Origin: the human T2T-CHM13v2.0 reference genome, Homo sapiens
Direction: 5' to 3' (one strand)
Length of the DNA stretch: 64,000 nt
Assembly (NCBI RefSeq): GCF_009914755.1
Contig: NC_060932.1
This document shows, piece after piece, positions 16,791 to 31,189 of this stretch (the first letter of the stretch is position 1; every line of letters begins with the position of its first letter). The notes beneath the pieces were generated by a model. The model ran no database searches. It saw nothing but the letters and a program-made list of their open reading frames with translations, and was not told the DNA's origin. The position numbers were made by a program, and so were the translations under genes.

Positions 16791-17870
16791 GGCTCTCACT
16801 GGAATTCCTAAGTTCAAGTTTCTTGAGGCAAATTATTTCTCTAACTTTATGGTCAAATATCATTTATAGGTACCCACAGGGCTTTACTTTCTTATTGGGG
16901 AGGTAATCTTAGACATGAAAAAGCAATCAGGGAACAATGCATGGAAGATGAAAGCCAAGGGCCAACATATATAGTATAATATAATTAAAAAGTTATATGG
17001 GAAATCATGATGGTGGAAGAGAATGCTGAAAGCAACCAATAAGTCATGAAGGCTTCACGTAAGGGGTGACTCTTGCCTGAGCCATAAGTTGAAAGGAGCA
17101 TTTGGACATCATCTTAATCATTGTGTTAAGAACTATTAACATGGTGAATGGTTGATACCTATTTGATGACTGACTCTTAATTCCTGGCACTCCCATGTTT
17201 GCTGAAACCTTAAGTGACATGAACTTTTGTTAACTTCTATCCCTAATCAGTCCAAAAACTGTGTTATGTTTCTCTTCACTGATGTAGAAAAAGCAGGAGG
17301 AAAAATAACATTCTTAGAAAGTGATTAGGAAAAGTTTTGTGTACCTGCTATTTAGAATGTGAGCCCTACCAAGGAGAGACAGGACTTAAAAGTGTTCTTT
17401 ACAACACATGTTATGCTGGAAAATGTTTGCTAGAGTTGCTACTCTAGAATGAGTTGTGGGATCACAAAGATGACTCTTGATAATACTGGAAATAGTTAAA
17501 TATGCAAGGATGATAGTGACTATTTCCCTCCAGAGACAGACCTTAATTATTCAGATCCAACAAGATTCTGGTTACATTATAGTGATAGTGGCATAATTCT
17601 GTTAACTAGTAATTTCCTAGTTGACATCAATATCAAAATTCTGAGAAACCTTTTACTGATTTAGTCATGCACCAGTAGATTGAATACCAATGACCAAATC
17701 ACTGACTCTAACATATAAACATCCTTGAGGTTATGTTGGTTAAACAATCTGAAGATGAATTGACGTGGTTTTGAGGACCTTTAAGTTTCCCTTTGTTTCT
17801 TCAGGTATGACTTTCTGTATGTAATTATATTTGGTTATAAATTATAATTGGACTATTTGATCACAAAGTA

Positions 17871-18005
17871 TTTCTCCTTCCTTCCTTCCTCCCTTCCTTT
17901 CTTCCTTTTTTCCTTCCTTGCTTCCTTCTCTCCATCCCTCCTTCCTTTCTTCCCTCCCTCCCTTCCTTTCTTCTTTTTCTTTCCTTTCTTTCTTCCTCCC
18001 CTCCT
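17871..18005. repeat. (TTCC)n/CT-rich polypyrimidine tract
   Basis: ~135 bp, almost entirely C/T. Confidence 0.92.
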
Positions 18006-20899
18006 ATCAGGACACCTCCAAGCCATAATGGTAAAAGATCATTAATTACGAATGAGATGTAACTAATCCACTGGAGCAAAAACAAGATTCATCTTAATAC
18101 AGTGCCACTGGTTGGGCTGTGTTGAAAGCATTCGCAGGATTTGTAAATAACGATTCAATATGATGAGTTGCCATGAGGTGACCACAAAAAAGGTGAATGA
18201 AAGAATTGTTTAAAGAAACACTGTGTCAGGATGGCATTTGTTTTTTCCTGTTGGCACACAAGAGCACATGCACCAGCTCAAACTAAAATGTCAGGTATAA
18301 TACATTCTAAAATCAGGAGAAGTTTAATGAACTAGACTATGGCTATGATTGTGACTAAAAAACTATTCACTAAGTTTCTGCTGTGTATAGGGTTAGTAAT
18401 GAGGGCATATAAAGACTGCAGAGATGCCTTTCAAGTTGCTTATAACACAGATGGATGAATAATGCATGAAGTCATCCTTAACATGAGGCTAGTTAATATA
18501 CAACAGTGGAAATGCTAACTAGACTGATCATAGAATTAGGGTGTGCTTGGGGACATTTTTAATGGGAGATAGATCTAACCATAGATTTAAAAAAATACTG
18601 TTAGCTTTTTGCCAGGAATATATCATTCTTCCCTCTAATTCCGTTGGAGGTGCCAACAGACTCCCTCCCACTGTCACAGGAGATAATCCAGTGTGCCAGT
18701 TTTCTATTCTGAATGGGTCCCCAGGGAGGACCCACCTCTCCTTCATATCCGACTGCAGCCACTGTTGTGGCACGGTATAGGTGATGTCAACTAAAGATAG
18801 TCCTGCCAGAACTGAGAGACCTTGGCAGTAGTCATTCATTAAACATCATCCCTGAAGGGACACAATAAAGATGTAGGGAGAAAGAAGCAATTCATGTCAA
18901 CCAGTGTGTTTTTTTGAGTCCTGGTTTTGTTTTGGGGGACCAGGCCAATATTATCAATCACAGAAGTGTGCCTTTTTAGTCTCAGAGGGAGATAAAATCT
19001 TCCTGCAGGTTTGGGGATAGATGCTTGGATATGCTAGGTGTGTCCTTTCATCTAGTCCTTTTTCGCCTCCCTTCAGCTCAGGTATTGTAAAAGCTTCCAA
19101 AGGTTGATCATTTCCTCTCTCTGGTTTATCCTGGGCAGCTTTACTATCCTATGACGCAGAATTCAAGAGTGTGGAATTGATTGAGCGGTGCAATCCACAC
19201 TTCACACCCAAACCCGTTAGCGTGGTTATCTCCTGCTTTCCCCTGTGGGGCTGCCTGAAATCATTTCAAACCATTGCGACTTCTTTGTCAGTCCTGGCTG
19301 TGCTCTGAAGCCAGGGCTAAGCACCAGCGTAGCATCCAAGGGCATCATATGGGAATCGCCGATCCTACATCAGCTTTGAGGTGGGTATATTCACTGGTGG
19401 CTGACTCAGATTCACTTTCCTAGAGACAGGACCTCAGTTTGACATGGGAAACCTGTGTGCCTAGGAGCAGGGCTACTTCAACATAGTAATCTGGCATGGG
19501 GACAATCACTAAGACCAGGACGGGGACATTCATAAAGGCCAAAATGTGGAGATCCAGATGTAACACCCACCATTTTCCTGCCTCTTACTCCTGTAGCAGT
19601 TGCTTGAGGTAAGTGGATTAGTTAGCACAATAAAAACAATCTAAGTTTAAAATGTGACAGAGCAATGGAGAATATCAGAGTGACCATTTTGGAAATTCTA
19701 ATATTGCCACTGAAACAAACAAAAAAGTGTCTGGGAGTGTGTCGTTTCTATGAGATGCACAGTAGATATTGGAAGTTAGCCATAAAAAATTAGGGTGATA
19801 GATGAGTGAAGAGATAATCCTAACCTAGTGACTTCTAGCTAAAAACTTCACCAGTACCCAACTTAAATCAGAATCACACAGAGCCTGCATGCTATTCATG
19901 ATTCACTATACATTTCATGTGTCTATAGGATTAACAGATGGTAAATAGAAATCACACATTACATGTAATGTATACAGATAGTAACTTTTACAGAGTTTCA
20001 TTTTGTGGTTTCCTTTCTTCTCAATTGTTCTTTTGGTCATGTAGAACTGTAAGTCAAAAACATCCTTTTAGAGTATATCCAACCAACATTTGGTGTTTCT
20101 CTCTTAGAGAAAGCCCTGAGTGAGTTGGCTAGACAAGCACACCACTGGCACTATAACTGTGCTTGTTTATGGTAGATATTTAATGCACACCAGTTTGTTA
20201 CAATAAATAATCCGGAAACATACATGCTATAGGAATCCCAAGGAGATGCAAATGCCATCAATGTTGAGAAGAGAGTCATTCATTCTAATCTGGATGACCA
20301 AGAATCTTCATGAAGGTAATGACGGCATTTGACCTGAGCCATGCAGGATAGGTAGCATTTGGACATGCAAACGTGAAAAAAAATTATTCCAGGTGGTTGT
20401 ACTGCTCATATAGGTGGAATATGGATGCAGAGCTGGAGATATGAGTAAAGAAGTTCAGGGAATTAATTTAGCAGTGAATGAGAGAATTAATGGGGAATGA
20501 AGTGGAAAAGGTATAAGCTTAAAAAATGCTAAAGTGTCTGGATTTTAATGTATAGGCAATGAGGAGTCAATGAAGATGTCTAAGCCAATAAGGAACATAA
20601 TCAATGTCATGACTGAAGAAAATCTATATGAAAGTATGATGTGAATTAAGGAAGGAAAATAAGGTAATTTCTCCTGGTTTCTGGAAATCAGAATACAATT
20701 TTCATGCATACACCGTATCAAAACATCACATTTATTTTGCCATATTTTCATGTATGCTAGCAAGAAATGAATAGACATGATCAATACGTGTGTGTGCATG
20801 TATGGGCTCAAAATTTATTATTACCGTTCAGCTGGATGCTGCTGTCACACACACATACACACATACACATACTGGCAAAAATTAAATGCAAACTATTAT

Positions 20900-21060
20900 T
20901 TATTTAATGCACTGTTTATTTTACTTAAGAATGCCTGCTATGTACCAAGTACTATTCTGGAAGCAGGAGAAAAAAGATTAAATTCAAAATCTATCTGGAG
21001 AAAGACGAGCAAATGAAGAAAGCAATTGTAGTGGTATGAACTAAGTACAATGAAAAACAG
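20900..21060 (-). mobile_element. L2 3' fragment
   Basis: 'ttaagaatgcctgctatgtaccaagtactattctggaagcagg'. Confidence 0.5.
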
Positions 21061-21328
21061 AGAAGGTGAGAAGCAAATACTTCTTTGGGGGCAATAAAGC
21101 AGGCACTTTTTAGTAATTAGATATCCTATATCTTAATTTCCATTCTGAAACTGACAAGGAGATATAATCCTGAAGAGTCCTATCAGTGAATATGCCCCGC
21201 AGGTAGAAAATTAGCTGAAGGAAATTAGCAAGGCATAGAAGATACGTGTTTTTTCCTAGTTTTATTCAACTTTGGCTATTATTACAGGTACATGTGTTTC
21301 CATTATTCTAAATATTTTCTTCATTTCA

Positions 21329-21730
<402 letters not shown>

Positions 21731-22805
21731 CTAAACAGAGCTTTTGCAGGAGGAATCGTTGAAGTGAATTTGTGTGATTCTAAAAGTATTGACAGAAATA
21801 GAGATACATCTTTGTGAAGTACTAAAACTTTTCAATAAATTGTACTTCTTACTCTAGAAAGCAAAATAATGCCTAACGCACATCTTCCTACTTTCTTTCA
21901 ATTTTGTTTCACTCTTGGAACATAAAGCTTGTAAGAAGATGCTTCAAGTTAGAAGAGCTAGGATTCATGGAAAGTGAGGGTAAGAGTGACCTATAAGATT
22001 ATTTCCTAGGTACATCATAATTACAGAAAACCTGCTCTCACAAGAATGCTTCTCCAGGGGTTTGTATTTTGAGAAGCTGTGCCTAGTGTCACCAAAACAA
22101 CAAAGGCAGGTGCAATCTGTATTAGACACAAAAACATTGTTGTAATTCAGAGCTATTTTCTAATTAGTAAATGAAGGAATCCAGCAAACTCATTCAGCTG
22201 CTAGTTACTAAGTGAATATGAAACTGTCAACTCACTGTCATGCATGAGAGCCTCAAAAATAGAAAATATACCCATCGAGATGACATTTACTCACATAATT
22301 CTGGATTAGCACCAATGTCATATTCACTTCTTCAGCTTTTCTTTTCTATTTGCTGGCACATGGAGATTTTCTCAACAAAACAGTTTTGTTATGCTTGCTT
22401 TTATCTCAAAGCATTACAGGTCATGTCTACAACATATGAATAAGATTTGTGAATTGGTTATATTGTAGTATTCTTTATATTGCCAAAGTGCAAAACTCTG
22501 CAAATCATGGCAGAGAGTCTTTATTAAATTAGTGCCACAAAATAAACCACTAATGTATGATGCAGGAGAGATACTGTCAGTATATATCCAGACTTGTCTA
22601 ATATTTTTACAAAATACATTGGAAATACCCTCTGATAAATATGGTCCAAAATGAAATTGCCATTCCTAGGATTTTATTTATAAACCTTTATTCCTTCCCC
22701 TGGAAGATATTGAGCGTTTTCAAATATTTCCTTTTGGGTTTTGGCTGATTTGTAGCAATGGGTAACATAAAAATGGTCTATATTGTTATAAAAATTATTT
22801 ATGAG

Positions 22806-23104
22806 GGCCAGTGTGGTGCCTCACTCCTGTAATCCCAGCACTTTGGGAGGCTGAGCTGGGTGGATCATGAGGTCAGGAGTTCAAGACCAGCCTCACCAAC
22901 ATGGTGAAACTGTGTCTCCACTAAAAATAAAAAAATTAGCCGGGTGTGGTGGCGTGCGCCTGTAATCCCAGCTACTGAGGAGGCTGAGGCAGGAGAATGG
23001 CTTCAACCTGGGAGGCAGAGGTTGCAGTGAGCCGAGATCTGCCATTGCACTCCAGCCTGGGTGACAGAGCAAGACTCCATCTCAAAAAAAAAAAAAAAAA
23101 AAAA
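22806..23104 (+). mobile_element. AluS (Sg-like), full length
   Basis: Dimeric Alu with the 2-bp deletion 'ggatcatgagg'; A tail; TSD core TTTATGAG at 22798-22805 and 23109-23116. Confidence 0.95.
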
Positions 23105-23711
23105 GATCTTTATGAGAAGTTATTACCCTTTTACTTTTGCAACTTGTATTGCAAATACAGATATTAGACAGACTTAACCAATGAGCATAAACGTTCTAAC
23201 TCAGCTTGCTATACACTACTTACTTTCGAAGACATAATCCATTCTATATTTTAAAGTTAAAGTGCTCAAAATATTATTAATGTGAATACTTCTGACACCT
23301 TCAGTAAGCATTTAGTGTGGGGCTTGAAGAGCACTATTCTAAGTAGAAATCCTCATATTAGTGGCATTAGGGTGAGCAGCAAAGTTTTTTTCCCTCTCTT
23401 TTACTTTTTGTTTTGTAGTGTTAGCACTCATTACAGGTGATCCTCAAGCAAGAAAAAATTTCTCAGGTTGGGAGACATCACAGAGAGAGAGGAAAAAAAC
23501 CCATTATAGAGGTAATTTCATCTTATAATTCTCTATTATAATTGCACAGCATACATTCCAGGTGTAAAACCCTAACAGGAACTGCTGATGTTTTTTACAG
23601 GACAAATATTAGGCAGCTATTTATGTTCATGGACACATCTTTAAAAGAAACTATCGTGGATAATAATAGCCTCTGGAATGCAGTGGCTCCATCAGAGCTG
23701 TATAACACAAT

Positions 23712-23934
23712 GGAAGGAGAAAAGGAAGAAAAGAGAGGAGGAAAAAGAAAAGAAGAGAAGAAAGAAAAAGGGAAGAGAAATGGAAAGGAAAGAATGGGAA
23801 AGGAAAAGAAAGGAAGAGAAGGGAAATGAAAGGAAAGAAAGCAAAGGGAAGGGAAGAGAAGGGAATGGAAGAGAAGGGAAGGGAAGAGGAGGGGAGGCAA
23901 AAAAAAAGAGGGGGAAGGGAAGAAAGGGAAAGAA
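23712..23934. repeat. GA-rich polypurine tract
   Basis: ~220 bp of GGAAA/GGGAA-type units. Confidence 0.92.
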
Positions 23935-24928
23935 ACCTGGGGGAGTAGGAAGGATCCTGGTTCTGCTCCATGGAATGAAACAACCATTAGTGCTGCAGGA
24001 GATTCAAGGCCCTCTTCCCCTTCCCTCTCATTCCACAGTGCTGCTGAGTCCATGATATGGGAACATATGGCTTACTTAGAAACTATGTTTCTATCTTTCT
24101 TAAGAAATTTAAATCTCTGCCAGCTGAGTAGATTAAGAATTTTGGCACCACTGTCTACAGAGAAATCCAACTAGGATTCCCACTTGATAAGGTTGGCTTG
24201 GCAAATTCTATGCAACAAGAGAATGCCATGTCTCAGGACTGCAGGAGATAAAGCCAGGACAGATCACTTGACAGTCTTGATATCCAGTAGATAATCAGCA
24301 AATTGTTCTAGAAAGAGCATTGCATATGTAGTTAGTATCCTCAGGAATAACATTTGAGAAGCATCTTGATTCCTGTTCACTGCTGAGCTTCCCTAATTTA
24401 TACCTGGCAACTTGGTTTTTCTAAAATCATGAGGCACAAGTTCCAACCAGGCAGACCTTAGTCAGTTTACTCTAGTTTGGAACTGTCCTAATTATCTGCT
24501 GTGACCCCAGATGGGCAGTGACTATGAAGGCTTGGCTTGAGCTCCTTCTGTGGTAAAACTCCTCTAAGAAGGGCTCTATGGAACCTGAGTTCTGTGGAAA
24601 GTTAATGGATTCCTTGTAAACAGAAGTTATGTCTTCAAATAATGTTGGAAGTGCATCAATTAATCAATAGCAAGCAAGGTTTTTTACAATGGCACCCTCA
24701 GAAACTTTACTATGTATACTACTATTTTCTTAGAGGGGGATAGAGAAGGTAGTGTTTTGAAACTGATCTTTTTTTTTTTTTTTTTTTCTCACGGAGTAGC
24801 AGGATTTCTGAGGAATATTAACTGAAGAGCACCATTTCAGGTGGTTCCACGTTCGCATGTCCCCTCCTGTACCACCTACCCGTGAAAAATCTTTGAGATA
24901 TTCCACAAGCCTCGTGAATATTCTACAA

Positions 24929-25121
24929 CAGTGTTGTCTTAATAGAACATTCTGATGGAAGTTTTCTGGGTTTCCAATATAGTAGCCATAGCCACATGTA
25001 GCCATTGGATACTTGGATGTAGTTTGTGTCTGAGGAACTGAATTTTAAATTGTACTTACTTTCAATTAATTTAAATTTAAATAACCACATGCAGGAAGTG
25101 GCTACTGTATGGGCAACATAG
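24929..25121. mobile_element. MER3 (hAT-Charlie MITE)
   Basis: 'cagtgttgtcttaatagaac...tagccacatgtagccatt...gaggaactgaatttt...gtggctactgtatgggcaacatag'; flanks ttctacaa/gtctagaa resemble an 8-bp NTCTAGAN TSD. Confidence 0.85.
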
Positions 25122-25307
25122 TCTAGAATATGACACATCAGAGGGGTGCTGGCAACACACACACTACTCCATGCATCCCTGAGCCTTACAGTGATCTCGG
25201 GGGGGAGGCTGGGAGGCGGGCTTCTGAGTTGATGTGGGCATGAGAATTCTAACTTTCAAACATAACAGTTATTTTCCAATCTGATGTTGCCCTGAGTAGC
25301 CTGGTAA

Positions 25308-26103
25308 TTTCCTTCCCTTCTTCCCTTCCCTCCGTCACTTCCCTTCTTCCCTTCCCTTCTTCCCTTCCCTTCCCCCCTTCCCTTCTTCCGTTCCCTTCCC
25401 ATACCTTTTCCCCAGCCCTTCTTCCCTTCTTCCCTTCCCTTCTTCCTATCCCTTCTTCCCTTCTCTTCCTCCCTTCCCTTCTTTCCTTTCCTTCTTCCTT
25501 TCCCTTTCCATCCCTTCTTCCCTTCCCTTCCTCCCTTCCCTTTCCATCCCTTCTTCCCTTCCCTTCCTCCCTTTCCTTCCTCCTTTCCCTTCCTCCCTTC
25601 CTTTCTTCCCTTCCTTTCCTCCCTTCCCTTCCCATCCCTTCTTCCCTTCTCTTCCTCCCTTCCCTTCCCTTCTTCCTTTCCCTTCTTCCCTTCCCTTCTT
25701 CCCTTCTCTTCCTCCCTTCCCTTCCCTTCTTCCTTTCCCTTCTTCCCTTCCCTTCTTCCCTTCTCTTCCTCCCTTCCCTTCTTCCCTTCCCTCCCTCCCT
25801 TCACTTCTTCCCTTCCCTTTTCCCATCCCTTCTTCCCTTCCCGTGTTCCCTTCCCTTCTTCCCATCCCTTCTTCCCTTCCCATGTTCCCTTCCCTTCTTC
25901 CCATCCCTTCTTCCCTTCTATTCCTCCCTTCCCTTCTTCCCTTCCCTTCTTCTTTTCCCTTCCCATCCTTTCTTCCCTTCTTCCCTTCCCTTCCTCCCTT
26001 CCTTTCCTCCCTTCCCTTCCTCCCTTCCCTACCTCCCTTCCCTTCTTCCCTTCCCTTCCCTTCACTCCCCTTCCCTCCCCTCCCTTTCCTTTCCCTTCCC
26101 TTT
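25308..26103. repeat. ~800-bp (CCCTT/CTT)n polypyrimidine satellite with higher-order units
   Basis: Almost pure C/T; internal 57-, 39- and 36-bp periodicities. Confidence 0.96.
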
Positions 26104-28339
26104 CTATCATCTTTCTCTATCACTCTGTTTCTTTTTTAATGGCAGGTTCCAATACAGGCATTAGTTCCTACCTACTTCTTTTCTTCTCTTCCCAGATACT
26201 CTGAACCACAAAAGGGAATGACAGCAACATTCAAACCTTTCCATACAAATTCTGAGCCAGAGACAGTTGGCATCTACCTTGTCTTCTACTACAAAGGACT
26301 TCACCAGAGGCAAATGTGCCCCTGTGGCTGGGCTAAGCTGCATTCTCCACATAACTTGCCCATTCATCAAATACTACTGTTTCAACATTGACTGCGGTAC
26401 TCTTCTGTCCCTGAGCCTCAGTACCACTTGGCACACCAATTTTTCCTGTTAGAGCCTCAGATCACGCTGCTTCTGCAGGTTGGCACCAGATGAAGCTGTT
26501 ACATGCAATCGAATGAAAGGAAAACTTGAACACTTTGGAGAATTTTCCCAGTAAAGAGGACAACACTTCGGTTCCATTTATAAGGGGAAAAAACGGGGAG
26601 TAGGGGCAGTATTACACTCTGGCTCCAAGACCTGTAAATGCGGAAGGTGTGAGGAAGAAGACTTTCAAGGAGAATATTTTCCCTCCTCAGCTCAGGCTGT
26701 GGTCAAACAGCTTAGAAGCTTCACAAATGTTCTTTCTCTTGTTGGCTGATCTGGTTCCAGGACATTGCAAAAGATTTATTTACAATCACCCAAAGAGCCA
26801 GAATAGCTTCACCTTCATCTAGGAAATAATAGCTGTTTTGTACTATTTCGTTCAACAACAGTGATTCATTATGTAGCACTAGGCCTTCCCTGATACTTGT
26901 AACTGTCAGGCAGATTTCCTATGGCTTGTTCTCACACAATAGACCTATTTTGTCAAATTAAACGTAGAGGTGTATAATTATCCGCATGTGTAGATAGGAG
27001 TGTACTGACTTATATATAAGAATGCAATGTATTTATTAGCACAAGTTTCTACAATGATATCACTCCAAAATGCTTCTTGTAGCCATTGTAGGAGTGTGTC
27101 TCTGAGGATCCATCCCATTGGTCATCTCCATATGACTAACAGAGCTCGAACGGAGTGGTGGTTTCTGTTGAAATGTACAAAATTATTATTCTTCAGATCA
27201 TAGAGGTGAGTTGCATTGCTCTATTGCTTGGGAAAAGAGAGACATGTGGGTTTTCCATATATCTGATATCCAGGTCAACAAAACAAATTATTTTGAATCT
27301 TATCCTTATTTGTGAAGGTGTTAACAATATAGAAAGAGGATTATAATATTCAATTATGAGAATTCGTCTCATGCTTTCTCTCCTCTGTATGTCTGTTTTT
27401 CAGCCTCTGGACCCAAATATGCATTCTTTGAAATGTAGAAAGGGAAATATCAAGTCTCCTCCTCATGTTCAGGGCTTTATGGTTTTATCTGAACTAATTA
27501 CAGAAGTAAATCTTGAATTTGGCATTTTAATCATTTTATTTTAGAATATAATTACTTTAACCTACAAGCAATAAAGTAGACCACATCTTAACTACACAAT
27601 CTTCTTTTGAATTAAAATAGGAAGAGTAATATGATATAAAATAACAATATAAGGTATGGATTTCCTAAGCATCATTTATCAAGACATTTACTTCAAAGTT
27701 CAACCTGAAAGAATGATTTTTTTGAAGTAAAACAAGCAATCTGTTTTCCAGCAAAAGCCTAGCAGAAAATTCTAAATTACTTTAAATCACTTGCTTTATA
27801 CCAATTTGATTCAAAGTTAATAAAGTACTCAGGAGTAACAACCAAATATCTAATGACTTATGGATTCCCACTGGTGTTTAAAAACTCTTAAAATCATTCA
27901 GCACATGGGGAATTTAGCTTGTAAAGAACTCTGTGGCCTGAATAACATTACCTTACAAGGTGAGCATAGTGATTTGTCTAAAATAATTATCTAAATGAGA
28001 CCAGGTATAAATTAAAAGTCAGAGCCACTATATATACGACAAATGAATGCAAACCAGGTAATTTCTTTAATGAACTTGAAACTCAATATGAGCCTAGACT
28101 TATGTTTTCTAAAAATCAGCATTAATTACAAAAATGATCTCCCTCAATTTTACTTCTGCTTGAATTTCATCTAATAGCTAAGCTGCTATTGATAAGAAAG
28201 ACATATATAATTTTCAAATATTTTCATGTTTTTCACATATGTATTCATTCATCCATTTCTTCAAACCAATAGACTAGGGCAAATATAGCTACAAAGAAGC
28301 ATATATTTAAAAAAAAAAACAAAGAAAAAAAGTTAAGAT

Positions 28340-28600
28340 TTGGCTTCATTGCAAAATTCTATGAGTCAACAGTGCAATGCACAGCCGGAAGAATTAATGC
28401 AGTCATAGGCTGTGTTGATGATGGTATCCTGAAGAAAGTGCATCAAATTTCCTGCACACATGAGATCTGGTCTGGGATATTTAATTCATTTCTGGGCAGC
28501 ATGTTTTCAGAAGGATGCTGACAAATGAAACTATATTCAAAGAGAATAACCAGAATGTTGACAGATATGGAAATCATGACATAAGAAAAGTAGGGATTTA
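28340..28600 (+). mobile_element. L3/CR1 LINE fragment
   Basis: 'tatgagtcaacagtgcaatg...taatgcagtcataggctg...ttctgggcagcatgttttcagaaggatgctgacaaa' resembles the CR1 ORF2 3' region. Confidence 0.7.
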
Positions 28601-31189
28601 TAACACAGAGACGCAATGACACATGATTGGGCATATGTGTTTATCTGAATGTGTAAAGATCTTCACATACTTGAAATATTTGCATACATAAAATGTGGTA
28701 CTTACAGAAGGTAAAACTAGTATCAAAGATGATAACAGGAAGTAAAATTTCCTGTGATCATAAGAACTTTCTAACAGCACATGGAATAAGGTGCAATGAA
28801 TTACAATTTTTCTGGAGAAATTCTGGGGGAAACTGTACATGAATTTCCTCCAAATTTCAATTACAACATGTTGTAAATGAAAATAAGCCTTAGATGGGAC
28901 AAGTAATTGGTTTGACTGCCTCGAGAGACTTCTGGTTTTACATTCTTTGAAATATCTACTGAGCATCTACTGTACACTTCATACCTTTTAAAAAAAGAAA
29001 TTATTCAGCAAATTGGTTCATAGAAGAGTGAAGAAATATGCTTGTAAATTGTCCTTTGACTGACATTGTCAACCCATGGTATGCAAAGACCTTTGAAAGT
29101 TCAGTGACAAAAATCAAAGATGTGTGGTCACTGTTAAACAGAGAGAAATTATGCAGAGAAAAATGCATTTCATTTATTCCAAAATTTTTTGTGCAGAGAA
29201 CGAAATAAGTGAGAGAGAAAAGAGGAAAGAGACTCTGGGAAGTTCTGTATCAGTCATTTTCAATTAAGGTAAGTAGTAGGGGATTCACAGATAGTTTAAA
29301 AAATGTGCATCAGTTTGCAAGAAGCATGTTAGGATCTGCTGATTGTGGTTCCACAGTAGCTTTGAATGTTCTGGGTCAAAAGCAGCCCAGTGAAGGGAGT
29401 TGCCATTATTTCAGCAGATTTTGAGGCCCTGGGCTCTGTATTGTTTCTTCCTTTAGTCGTCATGGATGCCTGCTGCAGCAGGAATCTCATAAACAGCTTC
29501 CTGTCTGAATCAGGTCTTAGCCAAGTTCAAGGTTGCTATGTTTCTGAAACCATGAGTCTGCACCTGTTTTCTTGACTGGACACCTTGCTTTCATTCACTG
29601 CAAGTTCCCTTCACTTTTGACTTTGGAGCCCTTTCTCATCTCTGGCTGGGTGCTTGATTTTTTGTTCTCTGCTCTCTTTCAGCTGCGATTTTGCATTTTC
29701 TCTAGTTTGTGGCAGCTTAACTTTTAACTTTTACTTTCTCAGCTTCTTTCTAACCATGATCAGTGTTAACCGTAGTTATACCATCTTTTGTTACACCCTT
29801 GTTTCCCTAAGCCACTGAAGAGCCTGGTTGCAGCTCTTCCTAGAAATGATCAGATGTTATGGGTATTAATTTAAAGGTTTTAATGTTTTAAATTAAAGGT
29901 TGAGAACAGCTTCTCACCCCAAAATGCACTGCCATCCCCTGGTAACTTGGAATAGTTAAGGTTTTAAGGAAAACCTAATGTGAAGATGTGCATTAGGATT
30001 TTAGGAAAGTGCACACTTAACTTATTCAGGAAGTATTTTCTGAATGAACAATGTGCTAAACCCTATATTAATTACTAAGAATAGTGCATTGGGTAGGGAA
30101 AACTCTCTGTTCTTGAGGAACATCTTACATTAGGCTTATTATAGTATGTAAGTGTATTATTTCTCTCTGTCCAACTTACTAGAATTATTGTGATACTGTA
30201 TTGCTTTACCTCTACTGGTACTACACTCCTCTTATTTTTCTCTTTCCTTTTATACAGAACTAAAAACTCTGCCACTCCTCATGTATTGAAGAGTGCCTCC
30301 TCTTTGACCTTTTCAGTCTCCTAAAAACCCATTTGAGGTTAAGAAAAGCATCTTGAACAGGAATTTAAATACGGGGGGTGTGCGGGTGGTAAATCACACA
30401 CAAAAAGCATTTGACAAAGCAATTTATCACTAATTTTTAAAGACATATATATTTCAAGCGAATTCAATTTGCATATTTTCTGACTCATTTTCATTCCATT
30501 ATCATAAGCTCTTTTTAAATACTTGCTAGATTTTTATATTTTCAAAGGAGGCATTTGTGTCATCTATGACTTCCTAACCTTTGCTTTCTGGAATTTGACT
30601 ATCAGAAAATTCTTTCTTTGTCTAACCTGTTAGCTGAGACGGAACACTCAGCTATCTTCTGGAACTAAAGAGGGAAAGTAAAATCCAGTTGGGTTTCTCT
30701 TCTGTCTGAAAAGTCAGACAGTTGCCTTTGACCTTTGGCCTTTAAGATTTTCATTAAAGTGCTTTCATTATTTCAGCACCATCTCTGAGCACTTCGCATT
30801 TATCAAATTGTGAAAGTAAAAAGTAAAAAGTAGCCTAGATGCTTAGTTGACTAGCATATATTAAATGGGTTACCTATTGGCATTGTTGGGGGCACTCCTT
30901 CTATATAATTTAATAGCATTTCTATCGATTACAATATTGCTTGATGTGGGCTTTACAAGTGGTCTGTTAAAACTTGTGTCCTGTTGTATGCTACATAAAT
31001 AATGTCCGTGTTGAAACATTTGTGTCATAAACAACACCTTACTCGAAACTGGTATTTTAAAACAACTGGACTGCTTTCTTGAGGAAGGATACCATGTTGT
31101 ATTATTGTTTATATCTCCAGAATTATCCCAGTGGGACAAGAAGAAGGCATTCTCTTTTTTTTTCTTAACCCCAGTCCATGGACAAATGA

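Noticed and set aside
18650-19600. GC-richer patch, possibly an old ERVL LTR or enhancer
   Set aside because: Could not assign a family or boundaries by eye.
23542-24055. 95-152-aa K/E/R- and F/S/L/P-rich ORFs
   Set aside because: Translations of the GA-rich tract.
25249-26139. 284-, 225- and 128-aa G/R/E/K-rich ORFs
   Set aside because: A purine-only strand cannot contain stop codons; these are satellite artefacts.
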